Shown here in pieces: positions 8,242-17,820 of a stretch of 63,570 bases of DNA. Source of the DNA: Patescibacteria group bacterium AH-259-L05. Lineage in GTDB: Bacteria > Patescibacteriota > Patescibacteriia > UBA2591 > UBA6264. Each line of letters starts with the position of its first letter. Within the stretch, counting starts at the first letter, position 1. The notes beneath the pieces were generated by a model that was not told where the DNA came from, made no database searches, and saw only the letters and a program-made list of their open reading frames with translations. The position numbers and the translations under genes were made by a program. Location: the NCBI GenBank assembly GCA_027717985.1, contig JALLOO010000003.1, forward strand, positions 1 to 63,570. Direction: 5' to 3'.

Positions 8242-11127
8242 ATGCCGCAAATGGATTTTTCGACAATTGAGCATAACATATTGAAGTTTTGGGAAAAGCA
8301 TAACATTTTTCAAAAGCTTCAAACAAAAAACCAGGGCAATAAGCGGTGGTCATTTTTAGATGGGCCGATTACGGCAAATAATCCTATGGGGGTTCACCAT
8401 GCATGGGGAAGAACGTATAAGGATTTGTTTTGCCGCTATATGGCAATGAAAGGATTTGATCAGCGGTTCCAAAATGGATTTGACTGCCAAGGATTATGGG
8501 TTGAAGTTGAGGTTGAAAAGGAAAAAGGGTTTAAAACAAAAAAAGATATTGAAAAGTTTGGTATTGAAAAATTTGTTACGGCCTGTAAAGACAGGGTTAA
8601 AAAATATTCTGAAATTCAAACCAAACAGTCAATACGGCTTGGCCAATGGATGGACTGGGAAAATTCATACTTTACCATGAGCGATGAAAACAATTATGCG
8701 ATTTGGAGTTTTTTAAAAAAGTGTCATCAAAAACAATTATTATATAAAGGGAAGGATGTGGTACCCTGGTGTGTGCGCTGCGGTACGGCTATTTCTCAGC
8801 ACGAAATTTTAACTGAAGAGTATCAAGAACTGACACACAAATCTATTTTTTTAAAATTTTCTGTTGTTGGCAAAAAAAATACATATTTTTTAGTATGGAC
8901 GACCACACCATGGACCTTGCCGGCAAATGTTGCCTTAGCAGTACATCCTGATTTTACGTATGCAAAGGTTCAAGATACAAAAGGGGATATGTATATAGTG
9001 GTTAAAAGCAAGGCAGATATAATTAATAAGGGGAAAATTATTAAAACATTTCCAGGTGAGGACTTGGAGGGGCTACATTATAAGGGTATATTTGACGAAT
9101 TAGATGTGGTTAAAGATGCAATGGGAGAGGAAAAACATACGGTAATTGTATGGGATGAGGTGACTGAAGAGGAGGGAACTGGTATTGTTCATATTGCGCC
9201 AGGCTGTGGGCAAGAAGATTTTCAATTAAGCAGAGATGAAGATTTGCCCGTGATTGATCCAACGGATGAAGAAAGCAAATATCCTTCAGGATTTGGAATA
9301 TTAACGGGGAAATTAGTGACCGAGGTAAATAATCTTATCTTTAACAATTTAGAAAAAAAAGGTGTTGTATTTAAGATTGAAGATTATACACATCGATATC
9401 CAACATGCTGGCGGTGCAAATCAGAACTTATTTTCCGCCTCGTTGATGAGTGGTACATTTCAATGGATAATTTGCGAACGCCATTGATGAAAGTTTGTAA
9501 AAAGATTCAATGGCTTCCTGGATATGGCTTGGATCGAGAGCTTGACTGGTTAAAAAATATGCGTGACTGGCTGATCTCTAAAAAGCGGTACTGGGGCTTG
9601 GCACTGCCTATTTATGAATGCCAGCGATGCCATACGTTTGAGGTAGTTGGATCAAAACAGGAGTTACAAGAGCGTGCGGTGGACGGATGGAAAGAATTTG
9701 AAGGCCATTCACCGCATCGGCCCTGGGTTGATACGGTAAAAATACAATGCTCTAAATGTGGTGAAGTGCGTTCACGTATCGTGGATGTAGGCAATCCATG
9801 GCTTGACGCAGGAATTGTGCCGTTTTCTACTATTAAATATTTTGAAGATAAAAAATATTGGCGGCAATGGTTTCCTGCTGATTTTGTGTGCGAGTCTTTT
9901 CCCGGACAATTTAGAAATTGGTTTTATTCATTAATTGTAATGAGTACAGTATTAGAAAACAAGGAACCCATGAAAACTATTTTTGGCTATGCATTGGTTC
10001 GTGATGAAAAAGGTGAGGAAATGCATAAGTCAAAAGGGAATGTTATATGGTTTGATGAGGCAGTGAAGATATGCGGCGCAGATGTGCTTCGCTGGATCTA
10101 TGCTACACAAAATCCATACTATAACCTGCGCTTTGGCTGGAATGCAGCAAAACAAGGCCGTAATAAACTTTTGACCTTATGGAACAGTTTTTTGTTTTTT
10201 AAAATGTATATGGATAAACATGCGGTTGATAAAACGTTTTCTGGGAAAGTCAGTCATATTTTAGACCAATGGATTATTTCCCGCCTACACCATGTCATTG
10301 ATGAGGTTACCAACAGCTTAGATGTCTATGATTCCATGACCGCGGCGTTGAGTATTGAACAGTTTTTTGTAGCCGATTTGTCTCGGTGGTATATTCGTCG
10401 GTCTAGAGATCGCTTTTCCCATGTTGAGGCTATAAATACGCTTTACTATGTTTTATTACATTTGATAGAATTAGCTGCGCCATTTATTCCTTTTCTTACT
10501 GAAGAAATATATTCTTTCCTTAAAATTGATACCATGGAAGAGTCAGTGCATTTGAATGATTGGCCAAAATCAGATGATACACTAAAACAGATAAAATTAG
10601 AACAAACAATGAAGCACGTGCGTGATATTTGTGAAATTGGCCACAGTTTACGCGCCCAAGCGCAGATTAAAGTTCGCCAGCCGCTGAGCCAGTTATCAGT
10701 TATCAGTTATCAGTTATCAGATGATTTAATAACGTTAGTCAAGGATGAATTAAATGTGAAAGCAGTAGAATTTGTTAAAGCACTTCCCAAGGGCAAGGAT
10801 TGGATAGTAAGTAAAGATACAGAGGTAAGGGTAGGACTTAATACTTCTATAACGGCGGAATTAAAAAAACAAGGATTGGTTCGTGAAATGATTCGCCATA
10901 TTAATGCACTGCGCAAAAAAGCAGGACTGACTAAAAATGATACAGTCACGATTTATTATCAAACAAAGAATAAAGAGTTGATATCTGTTATAGGGGAATA
11001 TAAACAAGAGATTGTTAACAAAACCGTAAGCAAAGATGTGGTAAATAAATCTGCGCCCCCCTCTGTTCTCGCGCACGATGAAGTAATCATAGAAGATAGT
11101 AGCTTCGTTTTAAGTTTAGGCAAATGA
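8242..11127 (+). CDS. ileS: isoleucine--tRNA ligase (type 2-like)
   Basis: 961 aa class I aaRS. The HIGH region reads PMGVHHAWGRT, followed by CQGLWVEVEVEKEKGF, VVPWCVRCGTAISQHE and a KMSKS-like MHKSKGN. Collinear by eye with type-2 IleRS. Confidence 0.85.
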   Translation: MPQMDFSTIEHNILKFWEKHNIFQKLQTKNQGNKRWSFLDGPITANNPMGVHHAWGRTYKDLFCRYMAMKGFDQRFQNGFDCQGLWVEVEVEKEKGFKTKKDIEKFGIEKFVTACKDRVKKYSEIQTKQSIRLGQWMDWENSYFTMSDENNYAIWSFLKKCHQKQLLYKGKDVVPWCVRCGTAISQHEILTEEYQELTHKSIFLKFSVVGKKNTYFLVWTTTPWTLPANVALAVHPDFTYAKVQDTKGDMYIVVKSKADIINKGKIIKTFPGEDLEGLHYKGIFDELDVVKDAMGEEKHTVIVWDEVTEEEGTGIVHIAPGCGQEDFQLSRDEDLPVIDPTDEESKYPSGFGILTGKLVTEVNNLIFNNLEKKGVVFKIEDYTHRYPTCWRCKSELIFRLVDEWYISMDNLRTPLMKVCKKIQWLPGYGLDRELDWLKNMRDWLISKKRYWGLALPIYECQRCHTFEVVGSKQELQERAVDGWKEFEGHSPHRPWVDTVKIQCSKCGEVRSRIVDVGNPWLDAGIVPFSTIKYFEDKKYWRQWFPADFVCESFPGQFRNWFYSLIVMSTVLENKEPMKTIFGYALVRDEKGEEMHKSKGNVIWFDEAVKICGADVLRWIYATQNPYYNLRFGWNAAKQGRNKLLTLWNSFLFFKMYMDKHAVDKTFSGKVSHILDQWIISRLHHVIDEVTNSLDVYDSMTAALSIEQFFVADLSRWYIRRSRDRFSHVEAINTLYYVLLHLIELAAPFIPFLTEEIYSFLKIDTMEESVHLNDWPKSDDTLKQIKLEQTMKHVRDICEIGHSLRAQAQIKVRQPLSQLSVISYQLSDDLITLVKDELNVKAVEFVKALPKGKDWIVSKDTEVRVGLNTSITAELKKQGLVREMIRHINALRKKAGLTKNDTVTIYYQTKNKELISVIGEYKQEIVNKTVSKDVVNKSAPPSVLAHDEVIIEDSSFVLSLGK

Positions 11128-11840
11128 GCTCAGATGAGTACATCACTGGTGTTGTGTTACAAACAAGGGATTATAAGGAATCTGATAGAATTGTTTACGT
11201 TTATTCTCAAGAGTATGGCAAAGTTGAGGTTTTAGTTCGCGGCGCACGCAAAATTATTTCTAAATTGGCTCCATTGGTTGCGGAGCCATTTGCATTAGTA
11301 CGGTTAAAAGTTGTTAAAGGAAAGGCGTATTATCATTGTATTGGTGGTGAAGTACAGGAGCGGTTTTATAATATAGGAAAACGCTATAGTACCATGACAA
11401 GCATTGCTGAATTGTTTAATAAAATTAATGCTATTGTTAAAAAATATAAATCTGATGCTAAAATTTTTTCTTTGCTTATCACATTTTTACAAAAAGCCAA
11501 TACTCCCTCACAGGAGAAAATTACTATTCTCATCCCTGCATTTTTAATTAAGTTTTTAGCTTTTTTAGGATATCGACCTGAGATACGAATGTGTGTAGTA
11601 TGTCGGAGTAAAGAGCTTGAAACAGATCTTTTTTTTGATTTTAAAAAAGGCGGGATTGTATGCAAAAAACACGGCTCTGATAATGAAGAAAAAAAAGAGA
11701 TAAGTAGTTCGGTTTTATACATTTTGCAGCAGTTGTTGTATAAAAAGCTTGATTTTTTAGTTCAGCAAAAATTTAGTAAGAAAGATTTGCGATTAGCAGT
11801 AGATATAATTAATCAATTTTATCAATGGCAGCTTGAATAA
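11124..11840 (+). CDS. recO: DNA repair protein RecO
   Basis: GVVLQTRDYKESDRIVYVYSQEYGKVEVLVRGARK N-terminal OB pattern and a Cys-pair zinc motif (CVVCRS...CKKHG). The ATGA start overlaps the ileS stop. Confidence 0.85.
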   Translation: MSSDEYITGVVLQTRDYKESDRIVYVYSQEYGKVEVLVRGARKIISKLAPLVAEPFALVRLKVVKGKAYYHCIGGEVQERFYNIGKRYSTMTSIAELFNKINAIVKKYKSDAKIFSLLITFLQKANTPSQEKITILIPAFLIKFLAFLGYRPEIRMCVVCRSKELETDLFFDFKKGGIVCKKHGSDNEEKKEISSSVLYILQQLLYKKLDFLVQQKFSKKDLRLAVDIINQFYQWQLE

Positions 11841-11900
11841 CTTTTTTGTCATTGGGAGCGATTGGAAGGAATGCGGGATGACAAGATAAGGGATGACAAA
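11841..11900. repeat. TTGTCAT[T/C]CC palindromic repeat cluster (copy B)
   Basis: TTTTTTGTCATTGGGAGCG...GGAATGCGGGATGACAAGATAAGGGATGACAAATT, between recO and the next gene. Confidence 0.7.
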
Positions 11901-11926
11901 TTGGCATATTTTGCTATCATAAGCCT

Positions 11927-13258
11927 ATGAGCAAGAAAAAGCGAGTTGTTATTATGGGTGCGGCAGGCAGGGATTTTCATAACTTTAATGTGTATTTTAA
12001 AGATAAGGATGAATATAATGTTGTTGCATTTACCGCTGCTCAAATCCCTAATATTGTTAATCGAGTTTATCCACCGCAGTTAGCTGGCAAGCCTTATCCG
12101 CACGGCATTCCTATATACAAAGAAGAGGAATTATCAACAATCATTAAAAAATATAATGTTGATTCTGTTATTTTTTCATATAGTGATATATCATATGATT
12201 ATGTAATGCAACGAGCAAATCTTGTTCTCTCTCATGGGGCAGATTTTATACTCCTCAATCCAGAAGATACCATGTTAAGGTCAAAGATTCCGGTGATTGC
12301 TGTTTGTGCAGTTAGAACAGGATGCGGCAAAAGTCAGACCACGCGATATATGGGGACTATTTTAAAGGATCAGGGAGTACAATTTGCGGTAATTCGTCAC
12401 CCCATGCCGTATGGTGATCTCAATAAGCAAGGTGTTCAAAAATTTTCTACGTTTGATGATCTTGATAAACATAAATGTACAATTGAGGAGCGAGAAGAAT
12501 ATGAACCACACTTAGAGCGAGGATTTACCGTGTTTGCAGGTGCGGATTATAAAGCAATTTTAAAACAAGCAGAACAAGAAGCCGAAGTGATTTTATGGGA
12601 TGGCGGAAATAATGATTATCCGTTTATTAAGCCAGACTTGATGGTCGTCCTTGCGGATCCGCATCGGCCAGGTCATGAATTATTATACTATCCATCTCAG
12701 ATATGTGCGCATATGGCTGACGTGGTGGTGATTAATAAGATTAATACTGCCAAGAAAAAAGATATTGAGCAGGTGCGGAAAAATATTACAGCGGTCGCGC
12801 CAAAAGCTAAAATTATCCTTGCGGCATCGCCAATTTTTGTAAGTGAACCTCAACGTATTAAAAATAAAAGAGTTTTGGTGATTGAAGATGGACCAACCGT
12901 GACCCATGGAGGAGCATCATTTGGAGCGGGATTTTTAGCCGCACACAAATATGGAGCTCGGATAGTTGATCCCCGAGCATACGCAAAAGGATCTTTAAAA
13001 AAGGTTTTTCAAGAATATACACATTTGAGAAAAGTTTTGCCAGCCATGGGCTATGGGGAAAAGCAGGTTCAAGAATTGGAGGAAACTATTAATGCGTGTC
13101 CAGCAGATATTGTTATTACTGGTACGCCCATTGATTTAAGTAGAATTATTACCACGAAAAAGCCAATTATACGGGCACGATATGAGCTTGAAGAAAGGTC
13201 AGGCAGTTTGGAGAAAGCGGTAGAGGATTTTTTAAAAAAGTTCGTTTATAGTTCATAG
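11927..13258 (+). CDS. COG2403-type P-loop protein (annotated in databases as predicted GTPase / cyclic 2,3-diphosphoglycerate synthetase-like)
   Basis: VVIMGAAGRDFHNFNVYFKD..YNVVAFTAAQIP N-terminus and P-loop VRTGCGKSQT. The family assignment is from memory. Confidence 0.55.
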   Translation: MSKKKRVVIMGAAGRDFHNFNVYFKDKDEYNVVAFTAAQIPNIVNRVYPPQLAGKPYPHGIPIYKEEELSTIIKKYNVDSVIFSYSDISYDYVMQRANLVLSHGADFILLNPEDTMLRSKIPVIAVCAVRTGCGKSQTTRYMGTILKDQGVQFAVIRHPMPYGDLNKQGVQKFSTFDDLDKHKCTIEEREEYEPHLERGFTVFAGADYKAILKQAEQEAEVILWDGGNNDYPFIKPDLMVVLADPHRPGHELLYYPSQICAHMADVVVINKINTAKKKDIEQVRKNITAVAPKAKIILAASPIFVSEPQRIKNKRVLVIEDGPTVTHGGASFGAGFLAAHKYGARIVDPRAYAKGSLKKVFQEYTHLRKVLPAMGYGEKQVQELEETINACPADIVITGTPIDLSRIITTKKPIIRARYELEERSGSLEKAVEDFLKKFVYSS

Positions 13259-13265
13259 TTTTTAT

Positions 13266-13337
13266 GGCCCTGTCATCTAGTGGTTAGGATATCAGGTTTT
13301 CATCCTGAAAACAGGGGTTCGATTCCCCTCGGGGTCA
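13266..13337 (+). tRNA. tRNA-Glu (UUC)
   Basis: Acceptor GGCCCTG/CGGGGTC, anticodon stem TCAGG/CCTGA with loop TTTTCAT, T-arm AGGGG-TTCGATT-CCCCT. Confidence 0.9.
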
Positions 13338-13425
13338 TTTTTTATTATATTTTTTTATTTGACATAAGGGAGTAAATATGGCAGGATGTAAGTAATTGCA
13401 ATTAGTTCTTGATAAAGGAGGAGCA

Positions 13426-14322
13426 ATGAATATAAGGTGGCGAAAGATTGGTATTGTTGTTTTTACTACGTTTATATTATTATTTACGACTCATTGCGCA
13501 GGGCCGCAGGCATTTGTATCCACGTCGTTTGATACAGGCGAAGTACCAGAACAAATTGCTGATACGAGCGCGATTCGTATACGGATTTTAACCTACAATA
13601 TATTTCATGGCGGTTTGGGTTCTATGAATATCAGAAGAGTTGCAAAAGTGATTAATGCAGTTGATCCTGATGTTGTTGCACTTCAAGAAGTAGACCGGGG
13701 GAGTTTGTTTAGCGGGCGTATTGATCAGCCAGCAGAGCTTGCACGCCTTACGAACCTTACCGTAGTTTACGGGCCTAATGTGTATTACAAGGCTGGCGGC
13801 GAGTACGGTAACGCAGTGCTCACTCGTTTTCCTGTTATACGACAGGAGAATCATCTACTTCCTTATATTAAATATTTTAGACAACGGGGTATTCTTGAGG
13901 TCGAATTAGGTATTGGGAAAGAACATGGTTATAAGGATAATTTTCATGTACGCTTTTTCGTTACCCATCTTGATAATCGAAAAAATGACGCTGAGAGAAT
14001 TGTTTCAGTAGACACCATTGAAGCAATTGTCCAGCCAAACTTAGGGACGCCGATGATTTTAGCAGGAGACTTAAATGATGCGCCAGAAAGCTCTACGCTC
14101 TCAATTTTCAGGCGTACATGGGAGATTGCTGGAGATGGAAAGAGGTTGAATGCCTTTCGTTCTTTTCTCCCAAGACGTCAGATCGATTACATCCTGTTTC
14201 ATCCTCAAGATCGGTGGAGAGTGGTAGAGATCAAAGTTATTCGCGGAGTGTTCATGTCGGATCATTTGCCTGTATTTGCGGTGCTTGAGTGGATTGGTGA
14301 TAAGAATGAGATGCAAGACTAA
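13426..14322 (+). CDS. endonuclease/exonuclease/phosphatase (EEP) family protein, secreted or anchored
   Basis: RILTYNIFHG, VVALQEVDR, GNAVLTRFPV, LAGDLNDAPES and SDHLPV motifs. Start set at the ATG preceded by AAAGGAGGAG. Confidence 0.8.
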   Translation: MNIRWRKIGIVVFTTFILLFTTHCAGPQAFVSTSFDTGEVPEQIADTSAIRIRILTYNIFHGGLGSMNIRRVAKVINAVDPDVVALQEVDRGSLFSGRIDQPAELARLTNLTVVYGPNVYYKAGGEYGNAVLTRFPVIRQENHLLPYIKYFRQRGILEVELGIGKEHGYKDNFHVRFFVTHLDNRKNDAERIVSVDTIEAIVQPNLGTPMILAGDLNDAPESSTLSIFRRTWEIAGDGKRLNAFRSFLPRRQIDYILFHPQDRWRVVEIKVIRGVFMSDHLPVFAVLEWIGDKNEMQD

Positions 14323-14328
14323 AAGATT

Positions 14329-14355
14329 CTTGGTATACCTACCAAGGTCTTTTTA
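14329..14355 (+). terminator. intrinsic terminator after EEP gene
   Basis: CTTGGTA-TACC-TACCAAG hairpin followed by GTCTTTTTATATT. Confidence 0.6.
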
Positions 14356-14365
14356 TATTAGGAGA

Positions 14366-14394
14366 ACAAAAAGCACCTACTTCAAGGTAGGCGC
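14366..14394 (-). terminator. intrinsic terminator after M28 peptidase gene
   Basis: Minus strand GCGCCTAC-CTTGAA-GTAGGTGC followed by TTTTTG. It overlaps the stop codon. Confidence 0.55.
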
Positions 14395-15671
14395 TTTGTC
14401 TTTTGTAAGTCTTTGAGTTGTTCTACATAATCGGGCCGAGGTCCACTTGCAGTCTCGAATGCAATAAGCGTAATAAATTCAGCATGTCTTTCTAATCTAT
14501 CAAGCTTAATATTTAAATTTCCATGTTCATCATAGATCGTGTCCCAAATAGTGTGGTAATAGAAGCGCTTATCAGGGTCTACGCTTGCTTTCTCCTTACT
14601 CCTTATTTTTCTTGATTCTTCTTTGTAGGCATTGAATTTATCCATATCCCATTTTGCGGAAAATAGCATTGCCGGAATTCTGTCATTTTCAGGGCTTGCA
14701 CTAAAGAATGCATAATGATCTGATCTATAAAAAACATTCATTTCGTCAGGCGGGGACTCTATGGTGAAGTTGAAAAAAACACTCCATTTTTGAATATAGT
14801 TCCAAATCTCTGGGATACGTTCCGGCGTTTCTTCGCCTTTGGGCGTTGCGGTAAGCCAAAGTGATGTGTTGTCGAGCCCTCTTCCAACCATGTCATTGCT
14901 TATTACTGCCACCACTTTTCCAGAAAGAGGAAACTTATGAGCGTAATATACCGCTCCAAGTAACCCTTTTTCTTCTGCGCCTGCAAAAAGGAAAACAATA
15001 GATCTTTTCGGTCTAATATTGGATTGGTATAGATCAGAAAACGTTTCTGCTACTTCAAGTAATGCAGATGTCCCTGAAGCATTATCTTCAGCGCCTGGAT
15101 GCACCGTACCTGCATGTTGCGGCGATCTACCTGTCTTACCCAGGCCAATATGGTCATAATGTGCCATCAGGATTACATATTCATTTGGAAGCTCAGATCC
15201 CTCTATATAAAATGCAACATTTCTACTGTCAGCGGTAGATAAAATAGCCCCTGTCTCGTATCGGTTGCACCAAGGACAATCTAGCTCAGAAAGTATCTCC
15301 CCTTCTTTAGTGGTTGGTGTAAATTTGTAATTTTCCCCTACCATTGCCTTGATCTGAAAATTCTGTAATGGTGAGTTATCCGTTCCTGCTGGCTTTAAGC
15401 CCGGTAGGCTTTTTAATTTATCTACCAAGTATGTCGTTACAACAATAGATTCTTCAGAAGGCCCTGTTTCTATGGTACCAGTTGGCCGGCCTCCCATGTC
15501 TTCGGATGCCAGAAACTCTAATTGTTCAAGCAGTTCCTCTTGTGTAACAGATTGGTCTACAATATTTAGAACATCTACGATATCATATGCTGCAAAAGCA
15601 AGTTTCTTATACGCATAGAAAGCCGTAATAATAACCGTCACAGCGACAACAACGAGAATGATTTTTCTCAC
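14382..15671 (-). CDS. M28 family metallopeptidase (aminopeptidase-like), N-terminal anchor
   Basis: MAHYDHIG, GAEDNASGTSALLEVA and FLFAGAEEKGLLGA motifs, with an N-terminal TM segment. Confidence 0.8.
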   Translation of the reverse strand: MRKIILVVVAVTVIITAFYAYKKLAFAAYDIVDVLNIVDQSVTQEELLEQLEFLASEDMGGRPTGTIETGPSEESIVVTTYLVDKLKSLPGLKPAGTDNSPLQNFQIKAMVGENYKFTPTTKEGEILSELDCPWCNRYETGAILSTADSRNVAFYIEGSELPNEYVILMAHYDHIGLGKTGRSPQHAGTVHPGAEDNASGTSALLEVAETFSDLYQSNIRPKRSIVFLFAGAEEKGLLGAVYYAHKFPLSGKVVAVISNDMVGRGLDNTSLWLTATPKGEETPERIPEIWNYIQKWSVFFNFTIESPPDEMNVFYRSDHYAFFSASPENDRIPAMLFSAKWDMDKFNAYKEESRKIRSKEKASVDPDKRFYYHTIWDTIYDEHGNLNIKLDRLERHAEFITLIAFETASGPRPDYVEQLKDLQKTKRLP

Positions 15672-15785
15672 CGTTATCCTCCTTGATTTGATTTGTTAAA
15701 AGAGCACTTTATTCCTCCTGAATATATTCTAGAAAATAATGGAAGTTTTGTCAAGTTTTTTTGTTAGGGACGAGTCAAGATGTTA

Positions 15786-15902
15786 CTCCCTTTTTGTCGT
15801 TCTTTTTTTGTCATTCCGCGTCTTGCGCAGAATGACACTTTTCTCTTTGTCATTTCTCGTGAGTGGAGTGAGCGAAAAAGAGGGTAGGAATGACAAAGGG
15901 GG
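15786..15902. repeat. TTGTCAT[T/C]CC palindromic repeat cluster (copy C)
   Basis: TTTTTGTCGTTC, TTTTTTGTCATTCCGCG-TCTT-GCGCAGAATGACA and CTTTGTCATTTCTCGTGAG...GGAATGACAAAGGGGG, abutting a TTGACA promoter. Confidence 0.85.
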
Positions 15903-15931
15903 TTGACATTTTTTTGAAATCTGCCATAATT
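15903..15931 (+). promoter_or_regulatory. sigma70-like promoter (GGGGTTGACA type)
   Basis: TTGACA (15903-15908), 16-17 nt spacer, CATAAT/ATAATT. Confidence 0.6.
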
Positions 15932-16001
15932 AATAGCGGCACCTGTGAGGTAGCAGGTGGCCGTAGACCTTGACACAAGACAACAAAAAGGAGGTACCCC
16001 C

Positions 16002-16514
16002 ATGGGAAATCAACACGATCAGTGTGAACACGGAAGGTGCAAAGATCACGATCCTGAAATGAAAAAGGTAAAGGGAAGGGTTGGCAAAAGGTTTGATTCA
16101 CATTCAATACCTTTTGGGCCCAAGTATCAGAATGTCAACAGACACAAGGAGTGTGGTTACAAGATTATGGAGCACCGTATTTACACAAAACTCAGTCGTT
16201 GCAGAATATGCGGCAGAGAAGAGGAGCACGTGGTAGGCAATGTGGCGTATTGTCCTTGTTGCGGCTATCACCATACTTCTAATATGCCGGTGAGTGATCG
16301 GCGGAAAGAGGTGGCTAGATGGATAATAGGCGTCGTTACTATAATAGGTATTGTTGGAGTCTCCGTTTTCATGCCAGATTGGCTTGGGGTAGATAATACG
16401 AACTTCCAGCCCTTAGTTACTATTGGTTCGATCATAGTCTTTCTGCTTCTCGTCGCTTTGATATTAGATATAACTAAGCTTGAGAATGTTTTCAAAATTA
16501 ATCCCGCACGCTGA
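16002..16514 (+). CDS. hypothetical zinc-ribbon protein with C-terminal TM segments
   Basis: CRICG...CPCCGY Cys4 motif and two C-terminal hydrophobic helices. Start at the ATG preceded by AAAGGAGG. Confidence 0.55.
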   Translation: MGNQHDQCEHGRCKDHDPEMKKVKGRVGKRFDSHSIPFGPKYQNVNRHKECGYKIMEHRIYTKLSRCRICGREEEHVVGNVAYCPCCGYHHTSNMPVSDRRKEVARWIIGVVTIIGIVGVSVFMPDWLGVDNTNFQPLVTIGSIIVFLLLVALILDITKLENVFKINPAR

Positions 16515-16540
16515 TTAAAAAAGGAGTGGTTTAAATCAAT

Positions 16541-16575
16541 CCCAGATGGAACAATTTCATCTGGGGTTTTGTTTA
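16541..16575 (+). terminator. intrinsic terminator
   Basis: CCCAGATG-(loop)-CATCTGGGG followed by TTTTGTTTATT. Confidence 0.65.
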
Positions 16576-16730
16576 TTATAATAATATGGTATCATAATAA
16601 TGATAATTATGTTATAATTGAGGAATCTGAAAAATCCTGAAATAAGCAATTTCAATGATTTTCCCAAGATTCCAAAATTAGTTATGTGCAGAGCCCGAAA
16701 GGGCGAGGCACATGTCCTAATACAAAGACT

Positions 16731-16964
16731 ATGAATGTAACAATCTATACCACGCCAATGTGTCCGTATTGCCATCAGGAAAAAGAATTTTTCAAGGCAA
16801 ACAATATTGAATTTAACGATATTGATGTAAGTAAAGATCAAGAGGCGGCACGAACAATGATTGAAAAAACCGGACAAATGGGCGTACCTGTCACTGAGAT
16901 TGATGGTGAGTTTATTGTTGGTTTTGATGAACCACGCCTACGGGAGAAATTAAATATACAATAA
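16731..16964 (+). CDS. glutaredoxin-like protein (NrdH/YruB-like)
   Basis: MNVTIYTTPMCPYCHQEKEFF...GVPVTEIDGEFIVGFD, a CPYC redox motif on a thioredoxin fold. Confidence 0.85.
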   Translation: MNVTIYTTPMCPYCHQEKEFFKANNIEFNDIDVSKDQEAARTMIEKTGQMGVPVTEIDGEFIVGFDEPRLREKLNIQ

Positions 16965-16999
16965 GAATCAAAGACCGCTATGTATTATTGGATTCATCG

Positions 17000-17130
17000 G
17001 GTTTCTCGCCTCGTTTCGCGAGTTGAAGCGGGCGTCCTCGGAATGATATTCTTCCCTTGTCATTCCACGTCTCCTCTTTGTCATTCCGCACTTTGTGCGG
17101 AATGACAAACGAAGCGGAATGACAAGGGGA
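17000..17130. repeat. TTGTCAT[T/C]CC palindromic repeat cluster (copy D)
   Basis: CCCTTGTCATTCCACG, CTCTTTGTCATTCCGCA-CTTT-GTGCGGAATGACAAAC and GCGGAATGACAAGGGGA. Confidence 0.85.
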
Positions 17131-17157
17131 CGGCGGGTAACTAATTTTGAGTAAATT

Positions 17158-17820
17158 ATGATTACACTAAACGATGTTAAAAATCATCCGCAGATTTTAG
17201 AGTTTATTCGTCAAACTCAAGCTTCTATGAGAGCACTTGATTATACTGAACATGGCCCGCGTCACGCAAATTTAGTTGCGAGACGAGCGCGGAGGTTAGC
17301 GCAGGACGTAGGATTGAGTAAGCGGATGCAAGAGCTTGCTGCCATTGGTGGGTTTTGTCAAGATATGGGAAATTTTTTAGGAAGAACTCGACATCATTAC
17401 TGGGGAGCACTTTTATTTCATCAGGTATTTCAAGATAAAATGGATGCGAAAGATCTTGTCATGGTTGTTCAAGCGCTCGCAAACCATGATAAGGAAGATA
17501 TGAAGTTGACGAATGCAGTATCTGCGATTGTGGTGATTGCTGATAAGTCAGATGTTCATCGGTCACGCGTGATTACCAGATCTATTAAAAAGATTAAAGC
17601 TGATATTCATGACCGGGTAAATTATGCCGTTACCAAATCAAGCTTAGCAGTTGATACAAAAAAAAAGCGCATTGTTTTGAAGCTCAAGATTGATACCAAC
17701 TTCGTGCCCATTATGGAATATTTTGAAATATTTACTGAACGCATGTCGTATTGCCGTGCGGCAGCAGATTATTTAGGATATAAATTTAGTATTGTAATTA
17801 ATAGTTTTAAATTGCTTTAA
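17158..17820 (+). CDS. HD-domain-like phosphohydrolase family protein (divergent)
   Basis: HGPRHANLVARRARRLA and HHYWGALLF fit HD-superfamily spacing. The position normally occupied by H-D reads CQDMGN (by-eye alignment). Confidence 0.6.
   Translation: MITLNDVKNHPQILEFIRQTQASMRALDYTEHGPRHANLVARRARRLAQDVGLSKRMQELAAIGGFCQDMGNFLGRTRHHYWGALLFHQVFQDKMDAKDLVMVVQALANHDKEDMKLTNAVSAIVVIADKSDVHRSRVITRSIKKIKADIHDRVNYAVTKSSLAVDTKKKRIVLKLKIDTNFVPIMEYFEIFTERMSYCRAAADYLGYKFSIVINSFKLL

Noticed and set aside
15764-16107. Two minus-strand ORFs (79 and 85 aa) across the repeat cluster
   Set aside because: They are translations of the TTGTCATTCC repeat cluster and of the promoter and 5' end of the plus-strand zinc-ribbon gene. 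They have no start context.
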